Shown here: positions 6,865 to 16,379 of the stretch, piece after piece
Position numbering within the stretch: the stretch's first letter is position 1
How the letters are laid out: every line of letters begins with the position of its first letter
DNA from: Escherichia phage Rtp
Direction: 5' to 3' (one strand)
Sequence record: NC_007603.1
DNA length: 46,219 nucleotides
Made by a program: the position numbers and the translations under genes
Notes under the pieces: model-generated
What the model was told of the DNA's origin: nothing
Databases searched by the model: none
What the model saw: the letters and a program-made list of their open reading frames with translations, nothing else

Positions 6865-8428
6865 CCTAATCGTATGGGATGAGCTGACTCACGCTGAGAA
6901 GATGGCTATAAAGGCCATCTCTGAGCATAGTTTCGAGGGATTCTTGCGTTGTTTCTTCCAGATAACTCAGGGTGAGAGATTTAAAATGAATTGGCATGCG
7001 AAATACCTTTGCCGCGTCATAGATGAGATTCTTGAGGGTAAGAGAAAGGACACCATCATAAACGTAGCTCCTGGGTCAGCCAAAACCGAACTGTTTAGCA
7101 TCCATTTCCCTGTTTATAGCATGATTAAGATTAAGAAGGTTAGGAATCTTAGCTTGTCGTTCTCTGACTCACTTGTTAAGCGCAACTCCAAGCGCGTCCG
7201 CGACCTGATTAAGTCAAAAGAGTTTCAGGAACTTTGGCCATGCTCCTTTGGAACATGCAGGGATGACGAGATTCAGGTTCTGGATGAGAATGGTAAAGTT
7301 AGATTTGAGTCTATATCTAAGGCAATGGCGGGACAGGTGACGGGAAGCAGGGGTGGCTACATGACCGATGATTACAGTGGTTGCATAATGCTGGATGACC
7401 CGCTAAAACCTGATGATGCGCTGAGTAATGTAAGGAGGGAGGCTGTCAACATGCTTCTCAAGAACACAATTCGCTCGCGTCGCGCTAGCTCGGTAAAAGG
7501 GAAGGAAACGCCAATAATTGCTGTGCAGCAAAGACTTCATGTTCTGGATACTAGCCACTTCATGGAGTCAGGACAAATGGGCATCAAGTTCGATGTGGTG
7601 AAAGTTCCTGCCATAGTCACGGAGGATTACGCCGACACGCTTCCTGATTGGATCAAACAACAATTTATTGATGATGTTCTTTCATCACCATTTGTAGAGC
7701 GGGATGGGGTTAAGTATTACAGCTATTTTCCAGCAAAGGAATCAATAGAAGACTTAATGGCCATGCGAGACGCTGACCCTTACACATTCCTTAGTCAGTA
7801 CGCTCAAGAACCCGTAGCGCTTGGTGGCAATCTTATTAACGTGGATTGGTTCCAGCGCCTTAGTGATACATTCAGACCTCCAGCTAAGTACGATTATAGA
7901 TTCATAACTTGCGACACGGCGATGACTACAAAGAGTTATAGCGACTTCTCTGTACTCCAGTTGTGGGGCTATAAGGACGCTAAGATTTACCTGATAGACC
8001 AGCGCAGGGGTAAGTGGGAAGCTCCGGAGTTGGAAGCTGAACTGCTGGATTTCGAGAAGAAATCAAGGTCAACCAGTCAGTCAGATGGCATCCTTAGAAA
8101 GATTATTATCGAGAAGAAAGCATCCGGCATCGGACTCATTCAGTCGGCAGGAAGGGTAATGCGAACACCCATAGAGCCATACGTACCTGATAACGACAAG
8201 CTAACCAGGGTAATGAGCGCACTGCCGCAGATTAAGGCTGGCAATGTAGTTCTTCCAGAATCAGCGCCGTGGTTAAGCGGATTGCTTACTGAGATTGCAG
8301 CTTTTACGGCAGATGACTCGCATAAGCACGATGACCAAATTGACTGTCTAACAATGGCAATCAACCTGGTACTTAACATTGCCGATGATCCTAAGGCTCG
8401 ACTAATGCGCATAGCTGGAATGAAATAG
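6857..8428 (+). CDS. terminase large subunit
   Basis: 523 aa; N-terminal ATPase region and C-terminal nuclease-like region (ITCDTAMTT...DFSVLQLWG), typical terminase architecture. Confidence 0.85.
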   Translation: MSDLIVWDELTHAEKMAIKAISEHSFEGFLRCFFQITQGERFKMNWHAKYLCRVIDEILEGKRKDTIINVAPGSAKTELFSIHFPVYSMIKIKKVRNLSLSFSDSLVKRNSKRVRDLIKSKEFQELWPCSFGTCRDDEIQVLDENGKVRFESISKAMAGQVTGSRGGYMTDDYSGCIMLDDPLKPDDALSNVRREAVNMLLKNTIRSRRASSVKGKETPIIAVQQRLHVLDTSHFMESGQMGIKFDVVKVPAIVTEDYADTLPDWIKQQFIDDVLSSPFVERDGVKYYSYFPAKESIEDLMAMRDADPYTFLSQYAQEPVALGGNLINVDWFQRLSDTFRPPAKYDYRFITCDTAMTTKSYSDFSVLQLWGYKDAKIYLIDQRRGKWEAPELEAELLDFEKKSRSTSQSDGILRKIIIEKKASGIGLIQSAGRVMRTPIEPYVPDNDKLTRVMSALPQIKAGNVVLPESAPWLSGLLTEIAAFTADDSHKHDDQIDCLTMAINLVLNIADDPKARLMRIAGMK

Positions 8429-8468
8429 CACAAATTGCTAAACAATGAGGCCACGGATGGCGTATATT
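8426..8468 (+). promoter_or_regulatory. palindrome-promoter cassette
   Basis: TAGCACAAATTGCTAAA shares TAG with the terL stop; 22-bp spacer; TATATT 8463-8468. Confidence 0.5.
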
Positions 8469-8499
8469 TACCTTACACAAACGAGAGGAGAAAAGACAA

Positions 8500-8856
8500 A
8501 TGGCACGCACTTCAAAGGCTGTATATCTTGGCAACAACGATGATGTGTATTATGGTTTCACCGTAGGTAAGGAATATGAGATTGTATCGTATACTGGTGA
8601 TGACCTCATTCTGATCGCTGATGATGATGGCGAATGCCGTGGCATCAATAACGGGGCATTCCACAAGTTCGAACTCTCAGAAACAGAATGCGCAGCCGCA
8701 GCCACTGGCAATAATAAAAGACCAGATCTCAGATATTACATAAACGGACATGAGGTTGATTTACTTGAGTTTGACAAAGTTCGCTCTCACACCCTTGAGC
8801 TTGCCCACCTAGGCGTAAAATGCGACACAATAAAGTTCGAGGTAAAATTCGAGTAA
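8500..8856 (+). CDS. hypothetical protein (118 aa), moron-like insert between terL and portal
   Basis: Own cassette promoter upstream, own terminator downstream; SD GAGAGGAG. Confidence 0.6.
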   Translation: MARTSKAVYLGNNDDVYYGFTVGKEYEIVSYTGDDLILIADDDGECRGINNGAFHKFELSETECAAAATGNNKRPDLRYYINGHEVDLLEFDKVRSHTLELAHLGVKCDTIKFEVKFE

Positions 8857-8877
8857 CCACAAAAGCTATGATAAACT

Positions 8878-8899
8878 AGCCCCTACATGGGGCTTTTTT
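8878..8899 (+). terminator. rho-independent terminator
   Basis: AGCCCC-TACAT-GGGGCT hairpin plus T6, directly followed by ATTGGAGAAA SD. Confidence 0.6.
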
Positions 8900-8912
8900 A
8901 TTGGAGAAAAAC

Positions 8913-10181
8913 ATGGTCAAGACAGACAGCTACGCCAATATCTTTCTCGGCGGTAGTGATGGTAGTGAGATTTACGGGAGCTTGCAGAACCAGGCTCCTA
9001 CAATTCTGGCTTCGCTATATGCGGACAATGCTCTGGTGCGTCGAATCATCGACACAATCCCGGAGACAGCATTGGCGGCAGGATTCCATATTGACGGCAT
9101 TGATGACGAACCTGCATTCTGGTCGAGATGGGATGATTTGGAGATGACGCAGAATATCAACGATGCCTGGTCATGGGCCAGATTGTTCGGTGGGGCTGCT
9201 ATTGTCGCTATCGTCAAGGACAATAGAGCATTAACAAGCCCCGTCAGAGAAGGTGCCGAGCTTGAAACCGTTCGCGTTTACGACCGCACGCAAGTAAAAG
9301 TACAAACTCGCGAGGAGAATCCACGCAACGCGCGCTTTGGTGAGCCACTAACCTATCGCATCACAACTAATGAGAGCGATATGTTCTATGATGTTCATTA
9401 CAGCCGCATTCATATCATCGATGGCGAGCGAATCCCTAACGTAATGCGTCGGCAAAATGACGGCTGGGGCCGTAGCGTTCTATCCAGTGACATTCTTGAC
9501 TCAATCAAGGATTACACCAACTGTGAACGACTTGCTACGCAATTACTGAAACGTAAGCAGCAAGCGGTATGGAAAGCTAAAGGTCTGGCTGAACTGTGTG
9601 ATGATAGCGAAGGATTTGGTGCAGCAAGATTACGCCTGGCCCAGGTTGACAACAATAGCGGTGTTGGTCAGGCGATTGGCATTGACGCAGAATCTGAAGA
9701 GTACAGCGTTCTAAACTCTGATATTGGCGGGATTGATGCGTTTCTGGATAAGAAGTTTGACAGAATAGTCGCCCTGAGCGGTATTCATGAAATCATCCTG
9801 AAGAACAAGAACGTTGGTGGCGTGTCATCAAGCCAGAATACGGCGCTAGAGACATTCCACAAGCTGGTTGACCGCAAGCGCAATGCTGAGTTGCTCCCTA
9901 TTCTTGAATTCTTGATCCCGTTCATCGTGAACGCAGAAGAGTGGTCAGTTGAGTTTAATCCGTTGGCTCAGGAATCAAGTAAGGATAAGGCCGAGATTCT
10001 TGAGAAGAACGTAAACAGCATTGCGGCACTAATTGCAGCAGGCGCTATGGATATCGACGAGGCTCGTGATACACTACGAACTATAGCCCCAGAGGTTAAG
10101 ATCAATGATGGTTCAGTAGAGACAGAGGTGACAATTAGTGAAACCAGTAACGACCCGTTGGAAGTACCCACAGACGATTGA
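8913..10181 (+). CDS. portal protein
   Basis: About 422 aa, immediately after the terminase block; start trimmed from TTG 8901 to ATG 8913 (GGAG 6 nt upstream). Confidence 0.75.
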   Translation: MVKTDSYANIFLGGSDGSEIYGSLQNQAPTILASLYADNALVRRIIDTIPETALAAGFHIDGIDDEPAFWSRWDDLEMTQNINDAWSWARLFGGAAIVAIVKDNRALTSPVREGAELETVRVYDRTQVKVQTREENPRNARFGEPLTYRITTNESDMFYDVHYSRIHIIDGERIPNVMRRQNDGWGRSVLSSDILDSIKDYTNCERLATQLLKRKQQAVWKAKGLAELCDDSEGFGAARLRLAQVDNNSGVGQAIGIDAESEEYSVLNSDIGGIDAFLDKKFDRIVALSGIHEIILKNKNVGGVSSSQNTALETFHKLVDRKRNAELLPILEFLIPFIVNAEEWSVEFNPLAQESSKDKAEILEKNVNSIAALIAAGAMDIDEARDTLRTIAPEVKINDGSVETEVTISETSNDPLEVPTDD

Positions 10182-10866
10182 GAGCCAGGTTAACCGCAAT
10201 CTCAGTATTGCGGTAACTGAGTTAATTTCGGCAATGAGGGAGTCTGCAACAAGGCTTAAAATTGATACTGCAGAGGAGCTTGAGCAAGAGGATGGATACC
10301 TTGACGGGATAATTGCGGCGCTGGTGGCGTCATTTATATCAACCATCCCAGCTATAGGGGCAGCAATATACAGATACAATAGTTCGCAATTTCTTGTTCT
10401 TGCAATCAAGACTGGAGGGAGGTCTAATCCTAGCGTTCTAGACCTTGAAGTTAACGGAATAAATGGCGATGAGCCGTGGTATAATGATGACCTCAAGAAG
10501 TGGATTTACACCACGGATAAGTCAGCCAGAAAACTGCTAAACAACATCAAGGATGATTTCTTACAGACGACTGCAACAATACAGAATGGTGACTACGTTA
10601 AGCTATCTGACAGGTACAAAATCTACAGGAAGCGAACGGCAAACATTGCTTCTGGGATTGTTTCAAGCCTAAACTCGACGCTTATGAGGCGCAGGCTTGA
10701 GGATGCTGGTGTTAGCCGTTATATCTGGCATGGCATGCTAGATGAGAGGGAGCGCCAATCACACATAGCAAGAGAAGGCCTTAGCTTTAAACTTGGTGGG
10801 GCAGATATATTTCCGGGCCAAGAGTATGGCTGTCGTTGCTGGTCAGTTCCAGATTGGGAATCATAA
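10138..10866 (+). CDS. head morphogenesis protein (Mu F / SPP1 gp7-like minor head protein)
   Basis: Position after portal; C-terminal HIAREGL...GCRCWSVP motif; GTG start with SD AGAGGTGA; overlaps the portal 3' end. Confidence 0.55.
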   Translation: MKPVTTRWKYPQTIESQVNRNLSIAVTELISAMRESATRLKIDTAEELEQEDGYLDGIIAALVASFISTIPAIGAAIYRYNSSQFLVLAIKTGGRSNPSVLDLEVNGINGDEPWYNDDLKKWIYTTDKSARKLLNNIKDDFLQTTATIQNGDYVKLSDRYKIYRKRTANIASGIVSSLNSTLMRRRLEDAGVSRYIWHGMLDERERQSHIAREGLSFKLGGADIFPGQEYGCRCWSVPDWES

Positions 10867-10879
10867 TAGGAGAGTTTAA

Positions 10880-11968
10880 ATGAGTAAAATCCGCTATGAC
10901 AGCGCAAAGTTTAAGGCAACAATCGACGAGAATGGATTCTTAGTCGACACACCAGTAGTCGCGCGTCTCGGCGTGCAAGTCTACTACATGGAGGACGGTC
11001 GCACCGTTCGAGAGTTTCGTCCAGCAGAGGAGGTTTTCAAGGATGAGTCTCTGGCAAGTTACCAGGGCAAGCCAATGACGCTGGACCACGTCTTCGTTAA
11101 CTCGGAGAATGCTAAAGACGTAGTGGTAGGTTCCGTTACTGGCAAGGCTGAACCATTGGGTAGCTCGGTCGTTGCTCCGATTGTTGTTTACGACAACACA
11201 GCCATTCAGGAAGCTATGGCAGGTAACGCCAAAGAGTTATCAGTCGGATACACTGCGGTTCTTGACGAGACCCCAGGCTGGGGAGACCCTGTTACTGGCG
11301 AATATATCCTAAAAATTGATGACAGACAGGAGCTTCAACCGCCAGAAGGATGGCTAGAGTTCGACGCAATTCAGCGTGACATTAAAGTGAACCATCTCGC
11401 AATGGTATATCGCGGTCGTGCAGGTATTGCCAAATTGAATATGGACGGTGAGCAGGAAAACCCGTATACTACTGACGTTGATATCAATAAAGAGGATAAA
11501 CAGGAAATGATTAAGATTAAACTCGACGGCGCGCAGGAATTTGAGGTCGCACCGGAAGTCGCTTCTCACATCGAAGCGCTGAACGCAAAGGCTGACACCG
11601 CAATCGCTGAGCGCGACTCGCTGAAAGCTAAGGTAGATGCAATCCCGGCTGAAATCGAAGCTGCCGTCGCTAAAGCTAAAGCTGACGCTGACGCCCTGGC
11701 TGCCCTGGTAGCTGTTGCCGCTGAAGCTGGTGTCAAAGCTGATGGTCTGGATGCTAAAGGTATTAAAGTGGCTTACGTTAAAGAAGTCTCAGGCCTGGAT
11801 GTTTCCGAGAAATCCGACGCTTACATCGACGCAGCGTTCGACATTGCCAAAGAATCTGATAAAATGGCAGAAGTACGTAAAGCGACTACCGCTTCCGACA
11901 AATCTGACAGCGCCGAAGAGCCTAAGAAATTAGACCCGCGTGCTCGTTTAGCTAAAATCAAGAAATAA
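10880..11968 (+). CDS. putative capsid scaffolding protein (possibly protease-scaffold fusion)
   Basis: Ala/Lys-rich coiled-coil-like C-terminus; located directly upstream of the capsid genes. Confidence 0.45.
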   Translation: MSKIRYDSAKFKATIDENGFLVDTPVVARLGVQVYYMEDGRTVREFRPAEEVFKDESLASYQGKPMTLDHVFVNSENAKDVVVGSVTGKAEPLGSSVVAPIVVYDNTAIQEAMAGNAKELSVGYTAVLDETPGWGDPVTGEYILKIDDRQELQPPEGWLEFDAIQRDIKVNHLAMVYRGRAGIAKLNMDGEQENPYTTDVDINKEDKQEMIKIKLDGAQEFEVAPEVASHIEALNAKADTAIAERDSLKAKVDAIPAEIEAAVAKAKADADALAALVAVAAEAGVKADGLDAKGIKVAYVKEVSGLDVSEKSDAYIDAAFDIAKESDKMAEVRKATTASDKSDSAEEPKKLDPRARLAKIKK

Positions 11969-11980
11969 GGAGTTATAAAC

Positions 11981-12460
11981 ATGGCAATTCGTTCTGTAGC
12001 ACTCGCTGGTATGGTTTCTGATACCTCTCTCTATAACATCGACGGCGCTTGTGTAGTTGGTGGTGCAAATGCTATTCCGGTCGGGACTGTTGTTGGTGCG
12101 TCAGTGCCCGCTGATGAGCGCCTGGCTGGTCACAAGGTGATTACAGCCACTGGCATCACTGCTGATAATGTTTACGGTGTGGTTGTTCGCTCTCATTATG
12201 AGACTCCTGATGGCACCGCTCGCGTAAATGAAGCAGTTAACGTAATGACCCACGGTCGAATCTGGGTTCGCACAAGCCTTACTGCCGCGCCTACATTTGG
12301 TGCCCCAGTTCTTGTATCTGCCACTGGACTGGTTGAATCAGCAGGTGCAGTTGAGACTGGTTGGACTTTTGCAGGTGGTTACATCGCAAACACTGGCACA
12401 GACCCACAAAACCTGAGCGTTGATGGCGCCCTGGTTGAAGTTCAGGTTAAGCAGAAGTAA
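11981..12460 (+). CDS. putative head structural or decoration protein
   Basis: 159 aa, Gly/Ala/Val-rich; between scaffold and major capsid; followed by a strong terminator. Confidence 0.4.
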   Translation: MAIRSVALAGMVSDTSLYNIDGACVVGGANAIPVGTVVGASVPADERLAGHKVITATGITADNVYGVVVRSHYETPDGTARVNEAVNVMTHGRIWVRTSLTAAPTFGAPVLVSATGLVESAGAVETGWTFAGGYIANTGTDPQNLSVDGALVEVQVKQK

Positions 12461-12476
12461 AGCTTAAAGCTAAATT

Positions 12477-12501
12477 AAAGCCTCCTTCGGGAGGTTTTTT
12501 T
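12477..12501 (+). terminator. rho-independent terminator
   Basis: CCTCC-TTCG-GGAGG hairpin plus T7. Confidence 0.65.
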
Positions 12502-12507
12502 ACACCA

Positions 12508-12535
12508 TTGCGTGGGCTAAAAACTCGTGTATAAT
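12508..12535 (+). promoter_or_regulatory. sigma70-like promoter (TTGCGT-16bp-TATAAT) upstream of the major capsid gene
   Basis: Hexamers read directly. Confidence 0.45.
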
Positions 12536-12573
12536 GAACTCGTAGACACCTAACTGAAAAGGAACAATAAAGA

Positions 12574-13518
12574 ATGGCCATTAAATTTGATGCAGAACAA
12601 GCTAAAATCACTACTCACCTTGAGCAAATGGGCGTAGAGAAAGCGGATGCCGCTGGTATCTGGGCCGTTAGCCAGCTGACCGCAGCCCTTAATCGCGCTT
12701 ATGAAAAAGAATACGCAGAGAACTCTGTTGTTAATATCTTCCCGGTAACCAATGAAATCCCTGGTCATGCGAAGTATTTCGAATATCCAGAATTTGATGG
12801 TGTTGGCATTGCTCAGATTATCGCTGATTACTCTGATGACCTTCCGCTGGTTGATGCTTTCATGACTGAGAAACAAGGCAAAGTGTTCCGTTTCGGTAAC
12901 GCATTCCTGATTTCTACTGATGAAATCAAAGCTGGTGCCGCAACTGGTCAGTCGCTGTCAGCTCGTAAGCAAGCACTGGCTTTTGAGGCTCACGATAACC
13001 TGCTTGATAAACTGGTATGGTCTGGCTCAGCTCCGCACGGTATCGTAAGCGTATTTGACCAACCGAACATCAACAACGTTGTTGCAACTCCAAACTGGAG
13101 CGTCCCGCAGAACGCAATTGATGACGTCACCGCGATGATTGATGCGGTTGAGAGTTCAACTCAGGGCCTGCATCATGTAACTGACATTCTGCTTCCGGCT
13201 TCCGCTCGTCGAGTAATGCAGGGCCTGGTTCCGCAGACAAACCTGAGTTACGGCGAATTGTTCACTCGTAATAACCCGGGTCTGACTATTCGTTTCCTGC
13301 AATTCCTGGACAACTACGATGGCGCAGGTGGTAAGGCTGCCCTGGCGTTTGAGAAGAGTCCACTCAATATGTCTATTGAGATTCCAGAGGTTACTAACGT
13401 ACTTCCGGCTCAACCTAAAGACCTGCATTTCCGCTATCCTGTAACATCAAAAGCTACAGGTTTGATCGTTTATCGCCCCCTGACGATGGCTGTAATCAAA
13501 GGCATTACCTTCGCTTAA
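12574..13518 (+). CDS. major capsid protein
   Basis: 314 aa; flanked by promoter and terminators (high-expression unit); size and position typical of an HK97-fold capsid protein. Confidence 0.7.
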   Translation: MAIKFDAEQAKITTHLEQMGVEKADAAGIWAVSQLTAALNRAYEKEYAENSVVNIFPVTNEIPGHAKYFEYPEFDGVGIAQIIADYSDDLPLVDAFMTEKQGKVFRFGNAFLISTDEIKAGAATGQSLSARKQALAFEAHDNLLDKLVWSGSAPHGIVSVFDQPNINNVVATPNWSVPQNAIDDVTAMIDAVESSTQGLHHVTDILLPASARRVMQGLVPQTNLSYGELFTRNNPGLTIRFLQFLDNYDGAGGKAALAFEKSPLNMSIEIPEVTNVLPAQPKDLHFRYPVTSKATGLIVYRPLTMAVIKGITFA

Positions 13519-13523
13519 TAAAT

Positions 13524-13546
13524 CGCCCTCTTCGGAGGGCTTTTTT
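13524..13546 (+). terminator. rho-independent terminator
   Basis: GCCCTC-TTCG-GAGGGC hairpin plus T6. Confidence 0.65.
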
Positions 13547-13609
13547 ACGTCTGTACCAAATGGATTTGTTGAGTTATAATCACTCAATCAGATAACAAAG
13601 GAGACAAAA

Positions 13610-13855
13610 ATGATTCGTTTAGAACACACTGGCGCTTGCCTCATTGTTTACAAGGGTGAGAAATATTTACCTGGTGACACTTTCGAGGTCGACGTAATTT
13701 GCGACGGACTCAAGCGTTTAATCGCAGAGGGTAAACTCACCATTGAGGGTGACGCTAAGGCAACCAAGCAGATCGCGCAAGAAATTGTTAGCAAGAAAAA
13801 GCGCAAAGAACCGAAAACCATCTCCGAAGCTGAGACTGGTAGCGAGTACAAATAA
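13610..13855 (+). CDS. hypothetical protein (81 aa)
   Basis: ORF track; SD AAGGAG upstream; weak hairpin GGACGC-TTAT-GCGTCC downstream. Confidence 0.5.
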   Translation: MIRLEHTGACLIVYKGEKYLPGDTFEVDVICDGLKRLIAEGKLTIEGDAKATKQIAQEIVSKKKRKEPKTISEAETGSEYK

Positions 13856-14006
13856 ATCACATGGACGCTTATGCGTCCTTTATTGTATGGAGCTAATATG
13901 TTGTTATTTTTAGCAGTTATGTCACTACTAATATCCATTCCGCTCGCATTTGTTGGTCTAATTCTTCTTATTGGATTCATTAAAGGTGGGGCTTCCTGGA
14001 GGTAAC

Positions 14007-14405
14007 ATGAATGATGCAATTTTGGCGTTTATGCGATCGCTTGTTCCTGCGCTCAAAGCAGTGGATGACGAATCAATTAATGTGTGGATCGATTTGGCGC
14101 GTCTCTACGTATGTGCGGATAAGTTTGGTAATGATGCAGATCGCGCTGTGGGCCTTTATGCACTACACCTGATGCTTTCTGATGGAGCATTTAAGGGTGA
14201 GAATGAAGGCTTGGAAACATACAGCCGTAGAATGGCAAGCTACTCACTGAGCGGTGAATTCTCTATCACTTATGATAATCAATCAGCAATCCAGGGTGAC
14301 TTATCATCTTCCTCTTGGGGCCGCATGTACAAGGCACTCCTGCGCAAGAAAGGTGGCGGCTTTGGGTTGATTACTTCCGCTGCTGGCGGTGGGTGCGGTT
14401 GCTGA
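14007..14405 (+). CDS. putative head-tail joining protein
   Basis: ORF track 13971..14405 trimmed to ATG 14007 (GGAGG upstream); position in the head-tail module. Confidence 0.5.
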   Translation: MNDAILAFMRSLVPALKAVDDESINVWIDLARLYVCADKFGNDADRAVGLYALHLMLSDGAFKGENEGLETYSRRMASYSLSGEFSITYDNQSAIQGDLSSSSWGRMYKALLRKKGGGFGLITSAAGGGCGC

Positions 14406-14776
14406 TGAACTATAACGAAATCGAATCAATCACTCGCGATGGCATTAATTTCTTTAGTGATGCTAATGGCGTTTACGAGATGAGTACTGGCGCTGGATAT
14501 GTTGAAATCGTTAACGGCGTTGAAGTAGAAGTGCCGGCGCAAACATTCCAGCTAAAAGGCTTAGTGCGGGAAATCAAGACGCGAGATATCGATGGTGAGT
14601 TTATCCAGTTTGGCGATAAGCGCGGAATCTTCACAGCTCAGGTTGAAATTAAACAGGGTTATCAGATTAAAGTTGATGGCGAGACTTTTGTTGTTGTTGA
14701 CCCGCGCCCCGTTAAACCAACAGGGACGACTGTTGGTTATCGTCCGATTCTTCGCAGGGTGGCTACTTATGGCTAG
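14405..14776 (+). CDS. putative head-tail joining protein
   Basis: ATG 14405 overlaps upstream stop (ATGA); ORF track 14315..14776 trimmed. Confidence 0.5.
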   Translation: MNYNEIESITRDGINFFSDANGVYEMSTGAGYVEIVNGVEVEVPAQTFQLKGLVREIKTRDIDGEFIQFGDKRGIFTAQVEIKQGYQIKVDGETFVVVDPRPVKPTGTTVGYRPILRRVATYG

Positions 14777-15206
14777 AAACATTGGGAGTGTAGTTACGTT
14801 TGAGAAATCTATTGCTGACTGGATTGACAGAGCGGAGGATGGTTTTGGGATTGTGGTATCCAATACGGTTATCAAGACAGCAAACGCAATTGTTGACCTT
14901 TCACCCGTCGATACCGGCAGATTCAAGGCTAACTGGCAAATCTCCGCAAACTCACCAGCTCAACAGTCACTCAATGAGTACGACCAGACTGGCGGCCAGA
15001 CCAAAACATATCTCGCCAGGCAAGCCAGAGCAGTCGCCAACTCAAAAGCTACTAGTGTTATTTATATCACTAACCGACTTGATTACGCAGCCGACCTTGA
15101 GTATGGGGCTTCAAACCAAGCTCCAGCTGGTGTTTTAGGTGTGGTGCAAGCGAGGCTTGGCAGGTATTTCCAGGAAGCGGTGGAGGAGGCTCGTCGTGCA
15201 ATATGA
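14769..15206 (+). CDS. putative neck / tail completion protein
   Basis: ATG 14769 overlaps the previous gene end; ORF track 14592..15206 trimmed. Confidence 0.5.
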   Translation: MARNIGSVVTFEKSIADWIDRAEDGFGIVVSNTVIKTANAIVDLSPVDTGRFKANWQISANSPAQQSLNEYDQTGGQTKTYLARQARAVANSKATSVIYITNRLDYAADLEYGASNQAPAGVLGVVQARLGRYFQEAVEEARRAI

Positions 15207-15597
15207 ATTGTCATTAGCAGCAAGGAAGTTCGTCAACGATTTGTTGGTGAATGAATTTCCGGTCAGATATCCAGTTGCGTGGGAGAATGCTGCATTCACT
15301 CCTCCTGCGGATGGATCAATATGGCTTAAGTACGACTACACGGAGGTTGATACTGTAACTTACGGACTAAGCAGGAAGTGCAAATACTACGTTGGCATGG
15401 TGCAGATTTCAGTGTTCTTCAGTCCGGGCACTGGAATTGATAAGCCGAGACAAATAGCTAATCAATTGGCAGAATCTATCGTTGATGGTACAATGCTTGA
15501 CAGCGGGACCATTTATGAGTCTGGAGTTGTTAACCCGGTTATCAAATCCAAGTCTGGGTGGTTTATCCCGGTTCGTTTTTATGTTCGTCTAGACTAA
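15139..15597 (+). CDS. putative tail terminator protein (start uncertain, GTG)
   Basis: ORF track; no in-frame ATG near the 5' end; GTG 15139 overlaps the upstream gene by 68 nt. Confidence 0.4.
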   Translation: MWCKRGLAGISRKRWRRLVVQYELSLAARKFVNDLLVNEFPVRYPVAWENAAFTPPADGSIWLKYDYTEVDTVTYGLSRKCKYYVGMVQISVFFSPGTGIDKPRQIANQLAESIVDGTMLDSGTIYESGVVNPVIKSKSGWFIPVRFYVRLD

Positions 15598-15612
15598 CAA
15601 AAGGAAAAATAC

Positions 15613-16269
15613 ATGGCTCATTTATCAAACGGCACTCAGGTGCTCGTAGAAGGCTCCCGTGGTGATGCTATTGCCGTTACTGCAATCTCTAACGCCGCCA
15701 GCCCAGTCCTAACTGTTGATGATGCTTCTGGCATTGTTGTTGGTGATTACCTGCTGTTTACAGCATCTGCTTCCACGCTGCTGGCTGACAAGCAAGTTCG
15801 CGTAACTGCGGTAAGTGGCACATCTGTTACGGTAGAGGGCATTGATACCTCCAGCACCACAAAATTCCCGGCAGGTTTAACTGGTGAAGTTGTTAAGATT
15901 CTTTCCTGGTTCGAAGTTCCGTGTGTTCAGGACGTTTCCACTGATGGCGGCGAACAGCAGTTCGTTAACTTCCAGTGTCTTTCTGATGACCGTGAACAGA
16001 AGATTCCTACTTATAAGTCTGCGGTAACTAACACCTTCACTTTCGCGCATGAGTACACTAACCCGGTCTATCCGGTTCTTCGTGACTATGATGAGTCTGG
16101 TCAGGTTGTTGCGATTCGCCTGTTTGTACCTCGCGCTCAGGAAATGCGTTTGCAGTCCGGCACTATCGCTTTCAATGACACCCCGACCATTGGCGTTAAC
16201 GAAATCGAAACGGTATCCATCGCAGTATCCATTCGCGGTCGACTGTCCTCTGTGGCAGCTGAAGTTTAA
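15613..16269 (+). CDS. major tail protein
   Basis: 218 aa directly upstream of chaperone/tape-measure genes; strong terminator follows. Confidence 0.65.
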   Translation: MAHLSNGTQVLVEGSRGDAIAVTAISNAASPVLTVDDASGIVVGDYLLFTASASTLLADKQVRVTAVSGTSVTVEGIDTSSTTKFPAGLTGEVVKILSWFEVPCVQDVSTDGGEQQFVNFQCLSDDREQKIPTYKSAVTNTFTFAHEYTNPVYPVLRDYDESGQVVAIRLFVPRAQEMRLQSGTIAFNDTPTIGVNEIETVSIAVSIRGRLSSVAAEV

Positions 16270-16276
16270 AACACAA

Positions 16277-16297
16277 ACCCTCTTCGGAGGGTTTTTT
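16277..16297 (+). terminator. rho-independent terminator
   Basis: CCCTC-TTCG-GAGGG hairpin plus T6. Confidence 0.65.
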
Positions 16298-16303
16298 ATT
16301 GCA

Positions 16304-16346
16304 TAGCACTTTTTGCTAAAGCGCTTATTAAAATTTGCTGTATATT
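16304..16346 (+). promoter_or_regulatory. palindrome-promoter cassette inside the tail module
   Basis: TAGCACTTTTTGCTAAA; 22-bp spacer; TATATT 16341-16346; leader TACCTTATCGAAACGAAA. Confidence 0.5.
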
Positions 16347-16379
16347 TACCTTATCGAAACGAAATGAGAGATTAAAGAA

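Noticed and set aside
8887-9147. 86-aa ORF overlapping the portal gene start
   Set aside because: Alternative frame inside the portal gene, no SD, Trp/Arg-rich composition typical of an off-frame read.
14800-15138. 112-aa ORF
   Set aside because: Nested in another frame of the 14769..15206 gene; no independent start signals.
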